47,434 bases of DNA from positions 1-47,434 of the IMG/VR virus record IMGVR_UViG_3300027874_000016; one strand, given 5' to 3'. Both the position numbers and the translations under genes were made by a program. Origin of the DNA: a virus (lineage: Duplodnaviria; Caudoviricetes). Positions 19,352-28,368 of the stretch are shown piece after piece. Each line of letters opens with the position of its first letter. Within the stretch, counting starts at the first letter, position 1. Under the pieces are notes generated by a model, which was not told where the DNA came from, ran no database searches, and was given only the letters and a program-made list of their open reading frames with translations.

Positions 19352-22300
19352 GTGGCGTACCGCGACGAGGTGCTGGCCGACGGGCCGGTCGGCTACTGGC
19401 GGCTGGGCGAGGCCGGCGGGACGACCGCGACCGACGCCAGCGCGTCGGCCAACCACGGCACGTACCAGGGCGCCGGCACCCAGACGCTCCTGGGGCAACG
19501 GGGGGCCCTGGGCGGGGACGCCGACACCGCGGTCTCGCTCCTCGCCGGGGGCTCCGGCGTGCTCGTCCCGGACAGCGCCTCGTTCGACCTGACCAGCTTC
19601 ACCCTGGAGTGCTGGTTCAACACCAACGGCCCCGGCTCGGGGCAGCGCCGGCTCGTCGGCCAGGGGGCCACCGGCGGCGCCAACTGGGCCCTGTGCACGA
19701 ACAGCAACCAGATCCTCTTCCTGTCGGCGCTCGACGCCGTCTCGTACGGCGTCAACACGTCGGTCACCGCCAACACCTGGCACCACTACGCCGTCACCCT
19801 CAACCGGGCGACCCAGACGATCACCGTCTACAAGGACGGGAACGTCCTGGGGACGACGGCGTGCGGGGCGACGGGGACGACGGCGATCGCCACCGGGGTG
19901 GGGATCGGCTGCGCGCCGGACGGCACCGAGCAGGTCGCGGGCCTCCTCGACGAGGTGGCCGTGTACCCCACCGCCCTCTCGGCCGCCCGCGTCAAGGCCC
20001 ACTACGCCGCCGGCCAGCCGTACGCCGGGGCGGTCATGGCCGACGCCCCCGTCGGCTACTGGCGCCTCGGGGAGACCGGGTTCACGGTGCTCGACACCAG
20101 CGGCAACGCCCGCTCGGGCTCCCACGCCGTCTCGGTCACCACGTCCACGACCCAGCCCGGCGGGGTGACCGGGGACAACGCCGCCCCCTTCGACGGCGCG
20201 ACCGAGTTCGTCTCCGTGGCCCACAACGCCGCCTTCAACCTCACGGGCGACCTGACGGTCGAGGCCTGGGCGTCCCTGACCACCTACGCCAACTACGCCT
20301 TCCTGGTCACCAAGGACACCAGCAACGGCGCGGCGGCGAACACCTTCGAGATGCGGGTGACCCCGAGCGGGGGCCTGGAGTTCCTGCAGTACACGGCGTC
20401 GGGCACGCAGTCCGTGGCCAGCCCCGCCGGCCAGGTGCCCCGGCAGATGTGGTGCCACTTCGTGGCCACGAAGGCGGGCACCGCCGTGACGCTCTACGTC
20501 AACGGGCGCCAGGTGCAGACCGGGACGATCAGCGCGACCGGCGTGACGACGAACACCCTGGCGGTGCTCCTCGGCACGCGCGACGACCGCTACAGCTACG
20601 TCACCGGCGCGATGGACGAGGTGGCCCTGTACGCCACGGCCCTCCCGGCCGCCCGGGTGCAGGCCCACTACAACGCCGGCTTCACGCCCGCCCCGGCGGG
20701 CAACGGCTACAGCGCCGCCGTCCTGGCGGACGCCCCCACCGGCTACTGGCGCCTGAGCGACCTGCCCGGCACCGGGATCACGGACGCCTCGGGGAGCAAC
20801 CGCCACGGCTGCTACGCGGGGCTCTACTCGGGCCACGCCTTCCAGCAGGCGACCCTGCCCCTGGGGGGCTCCTCCCACGGGATGACGAACGCCAACGGCA
20901 ACACCACCGGGCCGTGGGGCAACCTGGGCGTCAACCCGGCGTACAGCCAGCCCACCGCCTTCTCCCTGGAGGCCTGGGTCTACGTCCCCTCCGGCTCGGC
21001 CAACACCGCCAGCACGATCCTGGGGTGCCACAACAACGCCAACGGGGGCTACGGGCTCCTCCTCCTGAACATCGGCGCGACCTTCCAGTTCGAGTGCCGG
21101 GTCAAGGACGCCCAGTTCGTGGACAGCGCCCGGACGTACGCCCTGGACGCCTGGCACCACCTGGTGGCCACGTACGACGGCACCACGTACCGGCTGTACG
21201 GGGACGGGGTCGCGGACACCTCGGCGGCCGCGACCCAGACCCCGGGGACGAACGACACCAACACCCCGATGATGCTGGGGGGGCTCGCCATCGGCTGGGG
21301 CGGCCCGGCGGGCTTCAACGGCCGGGTGGACGAGGTGGCGTTCTACCCCACCGTCCTCTCGGCCACCCGCGTCCTGGCCCACTACCAGGCGGGCCAGCCG
21401 CCCAAGGCCTCGACCCTCACCGACACCTTCGACGACAACAGCCTGGACGCCACCAAGTGGGCGGCGTCCGCGAACGCGGGCACGGCCGTCCAGGAGGTCA
21501 ACCAGCGCATCGAACTCGACCTGAACGACGGGGGCACCGGCTACTGCGGGGTCTCGTCCCAGGCCCTCTACGACCTGACCGGCTCGTCCCTCGTCGTGCA
21601 GTGCCTCGACCCCGGCACCGGGGGCACGGGGCGCACGGCCGCCCTGGAGGCCGCCCTCGACGGCAACAACGTCGCCCGGCTGGTCTGCGACGGGACGACC
21701 CTCTGCGCCCAGGTGACCGTCGCCGGGGCGGTCACCACGTACAACACCACGCCCTTCACCGCCAGCACGGACTGGTGGCGGATGACCGAGAGCGGGGGCA
21801 CGCTCTCCTGGTGGTACAGCGCGACGGGGCAGGTCGGCTCCTGGACGCTGCTCGACAGCCGGGCCTCGCCCTTCAGCCTGGCCGTCGTCCAGCTTCGCCT
21901 CTTCGCCGGCACCTACACGGGCGGGATCACCGCGGGCGTGGCGAAGTTCGACAATTTCAACCTGCCGGCCCCGTCCGCCCTGCCGGCCTCCGACGTGAGC
22001 ATCGGGGGCTGGTCGACCGAGACGGGGGGCACCACCAACCTCTCCGCCTCGATCGACGAGCCGGACACCGCGATCAGCGACGCCGACTACGACCAGTCGT
22101 CCGTGGGCCCGGCCAACGACGCCTACGAGGCCACCCTCGGCGCCCTCACCGACCCCCTCACCAGCGGGGGCCACGTCGTCCTCGTCCGGGGGCTGGTGGA
22201 CGCTGCGCCCACCGCGTCCCTGCAGACGGAACTCCGCCAGGGGGCCAACGCGCTGAGCACACCCGCCCTGTGGACGGACACGGCCACGACGACGGCGACC

Positions 22301-23965
22301 ACCTTCAGCCACCCGCTCACCGGCGCCCAGGCGGACGCCATCACCGACTACACCGGCCTGCGCCTGCGCTTCACCGCCAACCAGGCCGTGCCCGCCCCCA
22401 CCTTCGTCGCCGCCGGCGCCTTCGTCTCCACCTCCACGAACGCCGCCACCCTGGCGCCCGGGCTGCCCGCCGGCTGGGCGGCCAACGACATCCACGTCCT
22501 GGTGGCGGCGCGCAAGGACACCACGGCCATGACCGCCCTGGCGGGCTGGACGCAGGTCGCCAACCTGACCGGCAACAACAGCACCGCCCTGCGCACCGAG
22601 GTCTGGTGGCGCCGGGCGGTGGCGGGGGACACCGCCCCGACGGTCACCTTCGGGTCGAGCACCGTCCTGCGCTCGGCCCAGATCCTGGGCATCCGGGGCG
22701 TGCCCACGGGCGCCAGCAGCCCCTTCGCCCCCATGAGCGGGGGCGGGGACAGCGTGGGCCGCTCGGTCAACGCCTCCTCGACGACCTGCACCTTCCCCGG
22801 CCTGACGATCCAGGGCACCGCCGTGACCCTGTTCGTGGTCGCCTTCACCTGCGCCTCGGGCCCCACCACGGCCTCGCAGCCCTCCCAGTACGGGACGGTG
22901 ACGGTGAACCGCTCCGGGAACAACGGGATCGCCCAGGGCTACGCCATCGGTACCAGCCCCTACACCGGCGTCAGCGGGGTGAACAGCACGCTCAGCCAGG
23001 CGGGCAACAACGACGGCCTGACGATGGCCTTCGCCTACCCCACCGGCAGCCGGACGCGGGTCACCTGGGCCGCCCTGGGCCTCTCCGTCCCGGTCGTCCT
23101 GACCCCGGCGGGCATCCCCACCGCGGAGGCGATCGGGACGGCCAGCCTCCCCGCCGTCCTGGGCCCGGTGGCCGTGCCCACGGCCGAGGCCCTGGGGGCC
23201 CCCTCGCTGGCCCTGGGCCCGGTCACGCTCTCCCCCGCCGGGGTGGCCACGGGCGAGGCGTCGGGGCTCGCCGTCGTGACCGCCGGGCCCGCCGCGGTCT
23301 CGGCCGCCGGGGCCATCGCCAGCCCCGGGGCCCTGGGCACCCCCGCCCTGACCATCCAGCAGGTGCTGAGCCCCGCCGGGGTGGCCACCGCGGAGGGCTC
23401 CGGCGCCCCCGTGGTCACCGTCGGGCCGGTCACGGTCTCCGGGGTCGGCATCGTCTCGGCCGCCGCCCCGGGCGTGCCCACGCTCCAGCCGGGGCCCGTG
23501 GGGATCAGCGCCGCCGGGGCGATCGGCACGGGCGAGGCCTCCGGGCTCGCCGTGCTGAGCAACGTGGCCACCCTGGCCCCCACCGGGATCGCCACCACGG
23601 GGGTGCCCGGCACCCCCGCCCTCACGGTGGGCCCGGTCACCCTGGCGGTCACGGGGATCACCACCGCCGAGGGCCCGGGCGTGCCCCTCGTCGCCCCCGC
23701 CGGGGTGGTGCAGGTCGCGCCCCCGGGGATCGCCACCGCGGGGGCCCTCGGGACGCCCGTGCTGGCCACCGGGCCGGTGGCCGTCTCGGCCGCCGGGGCG
23801 GTGGCGAGCGCCGGGGCCCTGGGCGCCCCGACGGTCGGCCTGGGCTCGGCGCTCTGGCCCAGCGCGGCCGTGCAGCGGTGGACGGGGAGCGCCTGGGCGC
23901 CGGCCACCGTGCGCCGCTGGGACGGGAGCGCCTGGCAGGTCACGGTCGTCACCCGCAAGTCTTGA
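19352..23965 (+). CDS. Large LamG/concanavalin-A-like multidomain tail/receptor-binding protein
   Basis: Three tandem domains, each starting with a VLADxPxGYWRL-type motif and ending near G.(L/M/V)DEVA.Y.T.L.A.RV.AHY. C-terminal ~24-aa GIxTxEAxGxPxL repeats. Confidence 0.85.
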   Translation: MAYRDEVLADGPVGYWRLGEAGGTTATDASASANHGTYQGAGTQTLLGQRGALGGDADTAVSLLAGGSGVLVPDSASFDLTSFTLECWFNTNGPGSGQRRLVGQGATGGANWALCTNSNQILFLSALDAVSYGVNTSVTANTWHHYAVTLNRATQTITVYKDGNVLGTTACGATGTTAIATGVGIGCAPDGTEQVAGLLDEVAVYPTALSAARVKAHYAAGQPYAGAVMADAPVGYWRLGETGFTVLDTSGNARSGSHAVSVTTSTTQPGGVTGDNAAPFDGATEFVSVAHNAAFNLTGDLTVEAWASLTTYANYAFLVTKDTSNGAAANTFEMRVTPSGGLEFLQYTASGTQSVASPAGQVPRQMWCHFVATKAGTAVTLYVNGRQVQTGTISATGVTTNTLAVLLGTRDDRYSYVTGAMDEVALYATALPAARVQAHYNAGFTPAPAGNGYSAAVLADAPTGYWRLSDLPGTGITDASGSNRHGCYAGLYSGHAFQQATLPLGGSSHGMTNANGNTTGPWGNLGVNPAYSQPTAFSLEAWVYVPSGSANTASTILGCHNNANGGYGLLLLNIGATFQFECRVKDAQFVDSARTYALDAWHHLVATYDGTTYRLYGDGVADTSAAATQTPGTNDTNTPMMLGGLAIGWGGPAGFNGRVDEVAFYPTVLSATRVLAHYQAGQPPKASTLTDTFDDNSLDATKWAASANAGTAVQEVNQRIELDLNDGGTGYCGVSSQALYDLTGSSLVVQCLDPGTGGTGRTAALEAALDGNNVARLVCDGTTLCAQVTVAGAVTTYNTTPFTASTDWWRMTESGGTLSWWYSATGQVGSWTLLDSRASPFSLAVVQLRLFAGTYTGGITAGVAKFDNFNLPAPSALPASDVSIGGWSTETGGTTNLSASIDEPDTAISDADYDQSSVGPANDAYEATLGALTDPLTSGGHVVLVRGLVDAAPTASLQTELRQGANALSTPALWTDTATTTATTFSHPLTGAQADAITDYTGLRLRFTANQAVPAPTFVAAGAFVSTSTNAATLAPGLPAGWAANDIHVLVAARKDTTAMTALAGWTQVANLTGNNSTALRTEVWWRRAVAGDTAPTVTFGSSTVLRSAQILGIRGVPTGASSPFAPMSGGGDSVGRSVNASSTTCTFPGLTIQGTAVTLFVVAFTCASGPTTASQPSQYGTVTVNRSGNNGIAQGYAIGTSPYTGVSGVNSTLSQAGNNDGLTMAFAYPTGSRTRVTWAALGLSVPVVLTPAGIPTAEAIGTASLPAVLGPVAVPTAEALGAPSLALGPVTLSPAGVATGEASGLAVVTAGPAAVSAAGAIASPGALGTPALTIQQVLSPAGVATAEGSGAPVVTVGPVTVSGVGIVSAAAPGVPTLQPGPVGISAAGAIGTGEASGLAVLSNVATLAPTGIATTGVPGTPALTVGPVTLAVTGITTAEGPGVPLVAPAGVVQVAPPGIATAGALGTPVLATGPVAVSAAGAVASAGALGAPTVGLGSALWPSAAVQRWTGSAWAPATVRRWDGSAWQVTVVTRKS

Positions 23966-23976
23966 GAGGAGCGCCC

Positions 23977-24213
23977 ATGACGGACATCGTCACCGAGGCC
24001 CCGCCCGACCCGGCCCCCAACGGGCAACCCCGCCTCCCCGAGGGCAGCCTCGCCCTGCCCCCGGCCATGGTGGCGCGCCTCACCCGGGTGATCAGCGCCA
24101 CGCCCGGGGTGCAAGACCTGATCGGGGCCTACGTGGAGGGGAAGGAGGCGCAAGGGCCCTTCTCCCTGGTGATCCCCGCCGTCATCTTGCTCAAGCAGGA
24201 GGCGCCGACGTGA
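23977..24213 (+). CDS. Hypothetical protein
   Basis: GAGGAG RBS and ATG start, 78 aa, coupled to the next ORF. Confidence 0.55.
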   Translation: MTDIVTEAPPDPAPNGQPRLPEGSLALPPAMVARLTRVISATPGVQDLIGAYVEGKEAQGPFSLVIPAVILLKQEAPT

Positions 24214-24413
24214 GCGACGAGGTGACCCCCCGGGCCGGCCCGCCGGCCCACCGTTCGCCCCGGGATCGGGCGCTGCAGGAGGCCCTGCAGGCCCGCTCCC
24301 CCCGTCCGGCGGCGCTCCTGGACGCGATCCGCCAGACGTACCCGGCCCTGGCCGGCTTGGCCAGCGCGCGCCGGGCGGCCCTGCTGGACGTGGTGCGGGC
24401 GGCGGGGCTGTGA
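24210..24413 (+). CDS. Hypothetical protein
   Basis: GTGA overlap, 67 aa. Confidence 0.45.
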   Translation: MSDEVTPRAGPPAHRSPRDRALQEALQARSPRPAALLDAIRQTYPALAGLASARRAALLDVVRAAGL

Positions 24414-24417
24414 GGCG

Positions 24418-25353
24418 GTGACCCCGCCCCCGTTCGGCCACCACGCGCCCCCCGGGCCGGGGGCCTCCCAGCCGGGCGAGGGGCCCCCCGTGGTGGACGC
24501 CACCCTGCAGGCCACGGGGGGCTTCGTCACGGTCGACGGCCGGCTCTTCTGTCCCCTGCAGGGCACCAACCCCGCGAACCCCCTCATGGGGGGCTACGGC
24601 TGGCTGAGCCCCACCGACGGCGGCCAGACCGTGCACCCTGGTTTGGACTTGAACAGCGGCACCTCCTGCAACGACGACGAGGGCCTGTACTGCGTCAGCC
24701 CGCTGGCGGGCGTCGTGCGGGCCGTGCTCTGGTGGGACGGATACACCTCCGGTGAGGGAAATCACGTTTGGATCGAACTGGACGACCCTTGTTGCCCGGC
24801 CCCAACCTACCTGCACAACGACCACTTGCAGACCGTGCTGGTCAGTGTCGGTCAACGGCTCACCCCTGGGGAACCCTACGGCCGCTGTGGGCGTACTGGT
24901 GGCTGGGATTGCGCCCACGCCCACGTCGAACTCACCAAGGGGCCCCCGGCCTACGGCTGGTACCAGTGGCCCTACCGGTGGACGAAGGGCCAGGTGGAGG
25001 CCGCGTACTTCAACCCCTACGACTGGTGGCAGGCGGCCAAGGCCCTGGTGTTGGCCGAGAGCAGCGGCGGGCCCGCCCCGCCCCCGGAGGTGATCGTGAG
25101 CATCCTCAACGGCGCGCAGACGGCGGCGATCCAGGCGGCGGTCTGGGCGGGCTACTGGAACCCCGACACGGCCGACTTCGCCATCCCGGCGGCCTGGCGC
25201 AGCGAATGGAACGCCGGGCGGTGGAGGGGCGCGCCCCTGACCGACGAGCAGGACGTGCCGCCCAGCGGGGACAAGCCCGCCGGGCGGTACCAACTGTTCG
25301 ACGCCGGGTGTGCGGTCTGGTTGCCGGGTGAGGAGGTATCCTGGTCGGGATGA
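24418..25353 (+). CDS. M23-family metallopeptidase endolysin
   Basis: HPGLD (HxxxD), GNHVWI, YLHNDHL..V.VGQ, GRTG..AHAHVE (HxH). Lies after the tail genes. Confidence 0.85.
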   Translation: MTPPPFGHHAPPGPGASQPGEGPPVVDATLQATGGFVTVDGRLFCPLQGTNPANPLMGGYGWLSPTDGGQTVHPGLDLNSGTSCNDDEGLYCVSPLAGVVRAVLWWDGYTSGEGNHVWIELDDPCCPAPTYLHNDHLQTVLVSVGQRLTPGEPYGRCGRTGGWDCAHAHVELTKGPPAYGWYQWPYRWTKGQVEAAYFNPYDWWQAAKALVLAESSGGPAPPPEVIVSILNGAQTAAIQAAVWAGYWNPDTADFAIPAAWRSEWNAGRWRGAPLTDEQDVPPSGDKPAGRYQLFDAGCAVWLPGEEVSWSG

Positions 25354-25679
25354 ACGACGACGACCGCTGGCAGGCCTTCGCCCACCGCATCGACGCCCAC
25401 CTGACCGCGATCGACCAGGAGTTGGCCGCCCTGCGCCAGACCCTGAAGGCCGCCGGGATCCGCGTCCACGTCCAGCGGATCCGGGTCACCCGGCGCAACA
25501 AGCGCGCCACCCAGGCCCTGCAGTACCTGCGCCAGAGCGCCACCCCGGCCACCCCGGCGGACGTGGCCAAGGCGGCCGGCATCTCCCCGGAGTACGCCTT
25601 CGACGTGCTCTCGGCCCTGGTGGCCGAGGGCGAGGTGGAGCGGGTGGGCCGGGGCCAGTACCAGGTGAGCAAGAGGTAG
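25350..25679 (+). CDS. Coiled-coil plus winged-HTH protein
   Basis: ATPADVAKAAGISPEYAFDVLSALVAEGEVERVGRGQY. Confidence 0.7.
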   Translation: MNDDDRWQAFAHRIDAHLTAIDQELAALRQTLKAAGIRVHVQRIRVTRRNKRATQALQYLRQSATPATPADVAKAAGISPEYAFDVLSALVAEGEVERVGRGQYQVSKR

Positions 25680-25701
25680 GGGGCGAGGAGGTGACCGGCC
25701 G

Positions 25702-25842
25702 ATGAGGCTCGCCCTGCGCCAGGTCTTCCTCCTCGTGGCCGCCGTCCTGTTCGCCGTCGCCGCCCTCTACACCCCGGGGCCCAGGCTCAACCTGGTGGCC
25801 GCCGGCCTGGCCTTCCTGACCCTCTCGCTCCTCGTGCCCTGA
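25702..25842 (+). CDS. 46-aa two-TM membrane protein (holin candidate)
   Basis: GGAGGT RBS. MRLALRQVFLLVAAVLFAVAALYTPGPRLNLVAAGLAFLTLSLLVP. Not in the ORF track. Confidence 0.6.
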   Translation: MRLALRQVFLLVAAVLFAVAALYTPGPRLNLVAAGLAFLTLSLLVP

Positions 25843-25861
25843 TGCGCCCCCCGAGGCCCTC

Positions 25862-26992
25862 ATGGCGTCTCCTCGGCTGGCTCGTCTGGCTGGGGTGGGC
25901 CTGCTTGCTCTGGTGGGCCTGCACGCAGGCGCGCCCCGCGTCCTAGCCCAGCCCGCCACCGTCGTCGTCTGCCACGCCGTAGGGGGCACCTACGCGACGC
26001 TGCGCCTGCCCCCGTCGGCGGCCGAGGCCCACCGCGCGCACCCGCTCGACATCTTCGACCCACCAGGAGGGGTATGTCCGGAGACCGTCCAGACGCCAAC
26101 CTCGACGCCGTCCGCCACCTCCGCTGCGACCTCATCGGTGACCGGGACGCCAACCAGTGGGAGTGCCGCCTCATCGACGGCGACGGCCGGATCCTCGCAA
26201 CCCTCACCGGTACCGCCGTCTTCGACCTCCGCTTCATCGACGACCACGACCCCGACGCCGTCACCTTCACCTTCACCGCGCCCGTGCTGCCCCCCTGGCC
26301 CCTTCCCCGGCGCGACGAGGAGCCCGACGCCGACCTCCTCTCCGTCCCCGACGCCTTCGACATCGCCCTCGCCGCCGCCCGGGCCGGCCCTCCCGGCGTC
26401 CAGTTCGACCAGCCCGGTGCCACCACCGGAGCCACCCCCACCGTCCCCACCGGCGAGTGGCAGCGAGAGCACCACGAGCGTGACAGGCCCTTCCTCCACG
26501 CCCACGTCCACACCCACCGAGCCCGCAATACCCTCACCCACAGCCACCCCCACACCCACGGCAAGCGCGAGCGCGTCGCCGGCGAGCACCGAGGGGGCGA
26601 CCACCACGGCAACCCCCGGGCCCCAGACCCCACAGGAGGCGCCCAGCCGGACGACCCAGCCGAACCCTAGCCCCGAGGTGGTCTATGTCCCGTACCCCGT
26701 CCCCGGCCCGCCCGTGGAGCGCACGGTGGTGGTCACCGTGGTCACCGTGGTGGTCGCTACAGCGGCGACGCCTGGTGGGCTGGCTCCGACGGCGGGCGCC
26801 CCACTACCGGGAGGACGAACGCCTGGCCCTGCACCTCCTGGTGGCGGGCCTCTTCCTGGTGGTGCTGCTGGAGACCGTGCTCCTGGTCACCCGGGCGACC
26901 TGACCGACCCCCAGCAAGTCCTGCTCCTGGTGGGCTCGGCGGCCCTGGGGTGCGCCCTGGGGATCCTGCGCGTCCTGACGGAGGCGCGGTGA
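25862..26992 (+). CDS. Secreted, membrane-anchored S/T/P-rich (mucin-like) protein
   Basis: Signal-peptide-like N-terminus, a VVCHA...AH.AH..D motif, a long S/T/P tract and a C-terminal TM. Competing overlapping frames exist. Confidence 0.5.
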   Translation: MASPRLARLAGVGLLALVGLHAGAPRVLAQPATVVVCHAVGGTYATLRLPPSAAEAHRAHPLDIFDPPGGVCPETVQTPTSTPSATSAATSSVTGTPTSGSAASSTATAGSSQPSPVPPSSTSASSTTTTPTPSPSPSPRPCCPPGPFPGATRSPTPTSSPSPTPSTSPSPPPGPALPASSSTSPVPPPEPPPPSPPASGSESTTSVTGPSSTPTSTPTEPAIPSPTATPTPTASASASPASTEGATTTATPGPQTPQEAPSRTTQPNPSPEVVYVPYPVPGPPVERTVVVTVVTVVVATAATPGGLAPTAGAPLPGGRTPGPAPPGGGPLPGGAAGDRAPGHPGDLTDPQQVLLLVGSAALGCALGILRVLTEAR

Positions 26993-27342
26993 GTGACGAC
27001 ACGCAAGACGAGCGCGGGGACGAGCCCGAGGCGGCGCCCGTCAACCCGGCGCCCCCGGAGGTGGCGGTGGCCGCCTTCATCGCCCGGGAGGCGGTCGCCT
27101 TCCTCTTCGTCGCGTTCTGGCTGCTGCTCTTCGCCGCGAGCCTGGTGACGGGCGCCTTCGTGCTGCCCTTCTGGTACCACTGCGTCGCCGTGGGCGTCCT
27201 GGGCTACGCCCTGGGGGTCAACGTCGCCACGCTCACGGCTGCCAGGCCTCCCGATACGGGGGGCGTGGCTCGCCGGCTGCGGGAGCGGCGGGAGGGGCGG
27301 GAGCGGCGATCGCCCCCCGCACCTCCCGGGCCACCGCCTTAG
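26989..27342 (+). CDS. Membrane protein (holin candidate)
   Basis: GTGA overlap, two hydrophobic segments and a basic C-terminus. Confidence 0.55.
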   Translation: MSDDTQDERGDEPEAAPVNPAPPEVAVAAFIAREAVAFLFVAFWLLLFAASLVTGAFVLPFWYHCVAVGVLGYALGVNVATLTAARPPDTGGVARRLRERREGRERRSPPAPPGPPP

Positions 27343-28360
27343 CCACGTCCCGCCAGGAGTGGGTCTGGGCCGCCAGGGCGCCCGCCTGGCCCATCCGGGC
27401 CCGCTCCTCGGGGTGCCTCCAGAGCCAGCGCAGCGCCTTCGCCAGGTCGTCCGCGTCCGGCTCGCCCCGCCACACGGCGCAGGCGATGCCCGCGTCCGGG
27501 GGGACGAACTCCGGCGCCGGCCCGTGGGCGGGGTAGACCACCGGCACCCCGCAGGCCATCGCCTCCAGGAGGGGCAGGCAGAAGCCCTCGGCCCGGTAGG
27601 GCTGGATCACCACGTCCACCGAGCGGTACAGGGCGGCCATCTCCGGGTCGCTGTAGCGGTCGCTCACGGCGATCTGCCAGTCGCGCCGGTCTTCCGGGGC
27701 CTGCACCGCCGGCGCCTCCCGGTAGAAGCTCTTCTGGCCCTGGAGCTTGAGCACCAGGCCGGTGGGCTCGGCCGGGGTGAAGGCCCGGCAGTACGCCGTG
27801 ACCGCCAGGTCGCAGCCCTTGCGCCCGATCGCCCCCCCGACGTACAGCACCCGGAAGATCCCCTCCCGCTCCACCGGCCAGGTCTCCCCGTCGGGCCGGA
27901 AGACCCGCGGGTCGACGCCGTACGGCACCACCCGCACCCGGGCCGGGTCGAGGGCGTGGGGCCCGCCGGCCGACAAGAGGAGGCGCCGGGCGTGGGCGCT
28001 GCAGGCCCAGACCCCCCGCGCCCGGCCGGCGTGCCAGGCCTCCAGCCAGTCCCCGGGCGGGGGGCCGTGCTCCCAGGCCACCCAGGGGAACCAGGGGACG
28101 CCCAGGTCGGGGAGGCGGAAGGCCCGGGCCGGCTCCAGGCCCGGGTAGTAGTGGGACACCCAGGCGTCCGGCCCCAGGCTCGCGTGGGGCGCCGGGGCCG
28201 TGGGCTTCAGGACGTGGACGAAGTGGCCCTCGGCCCGGAGCCCGGCCAGCAGCCGGCGGTTCACCAGGGCCCAGGAGCCGTACCGGATCCCGTCCGTGCG
28301 GCCTTCGAAGACCAGGGTGAGGGGTTGCGGTTCGGCTGCCGGGGGAGGCTGGTCGTCCAT
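27233..28360 (-). CDS. GT-B fold (family 4) glycosyltransferase
   Basis: VPYGVDP..F, LYVG....RKG.D, LYRSVD...PYRAEGFCLPLLEAMACGVPV (EX7E). Start set at ATG 28360 because the upstream part of the ORF runs into the array. Confidence 0.9.
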   Translation of the reverse strand: MDDQPPPAAEPQPLTLVFEGRTDGIRYGSWALVNRRLLAGLRAEGHFVHVLKPTAPAPHASLGPDAWVSHYYPGLEPARAFRLPDLGVPWFPWVAWEHGPPPGDWLEAWHAGRARGVWACSAHARRLLLSAGGPHALDPARVRVVPYGVDPRVFRPDGETWPVEREGIFRVLYVGGAIGRKGCDLAVTAYCRAFTPAEPTGLVLKLQGQKSFYREAPAVQAPEDRRDWQIAVSDRYSDPEMAALYRSVDVVIQPYRAEGFCLPLLEAMACGVPVVYPAHGPAPEFVPPDAGIACAVWRGEPDADDLAKALRWLWRHPEERARMGQAGALAAQTHSWRDVAKAVAREVRGAIAAPAPPAAPAAGEPRPPYREAWQP

Positions 28361-28368
28361 CCGGGGAA

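Noticed and set aside
14435-23965. Diversity-generating retroelement acting on the tail fibres (suggested by the BPP-1-like capsid)
   Set aside because: No reverse transcriptase or TR/VR pair seen in the window.
637-24213. Very long alternative-frame and antisense ORFs (e.g. 637-4614, 4822-7467, 19010-22495, most of 19609-24213)
   Set aside because: R/G/P-rich shadows caused by extreme GC3. Only the short 3' ends with an RBS or coupled start were kept.
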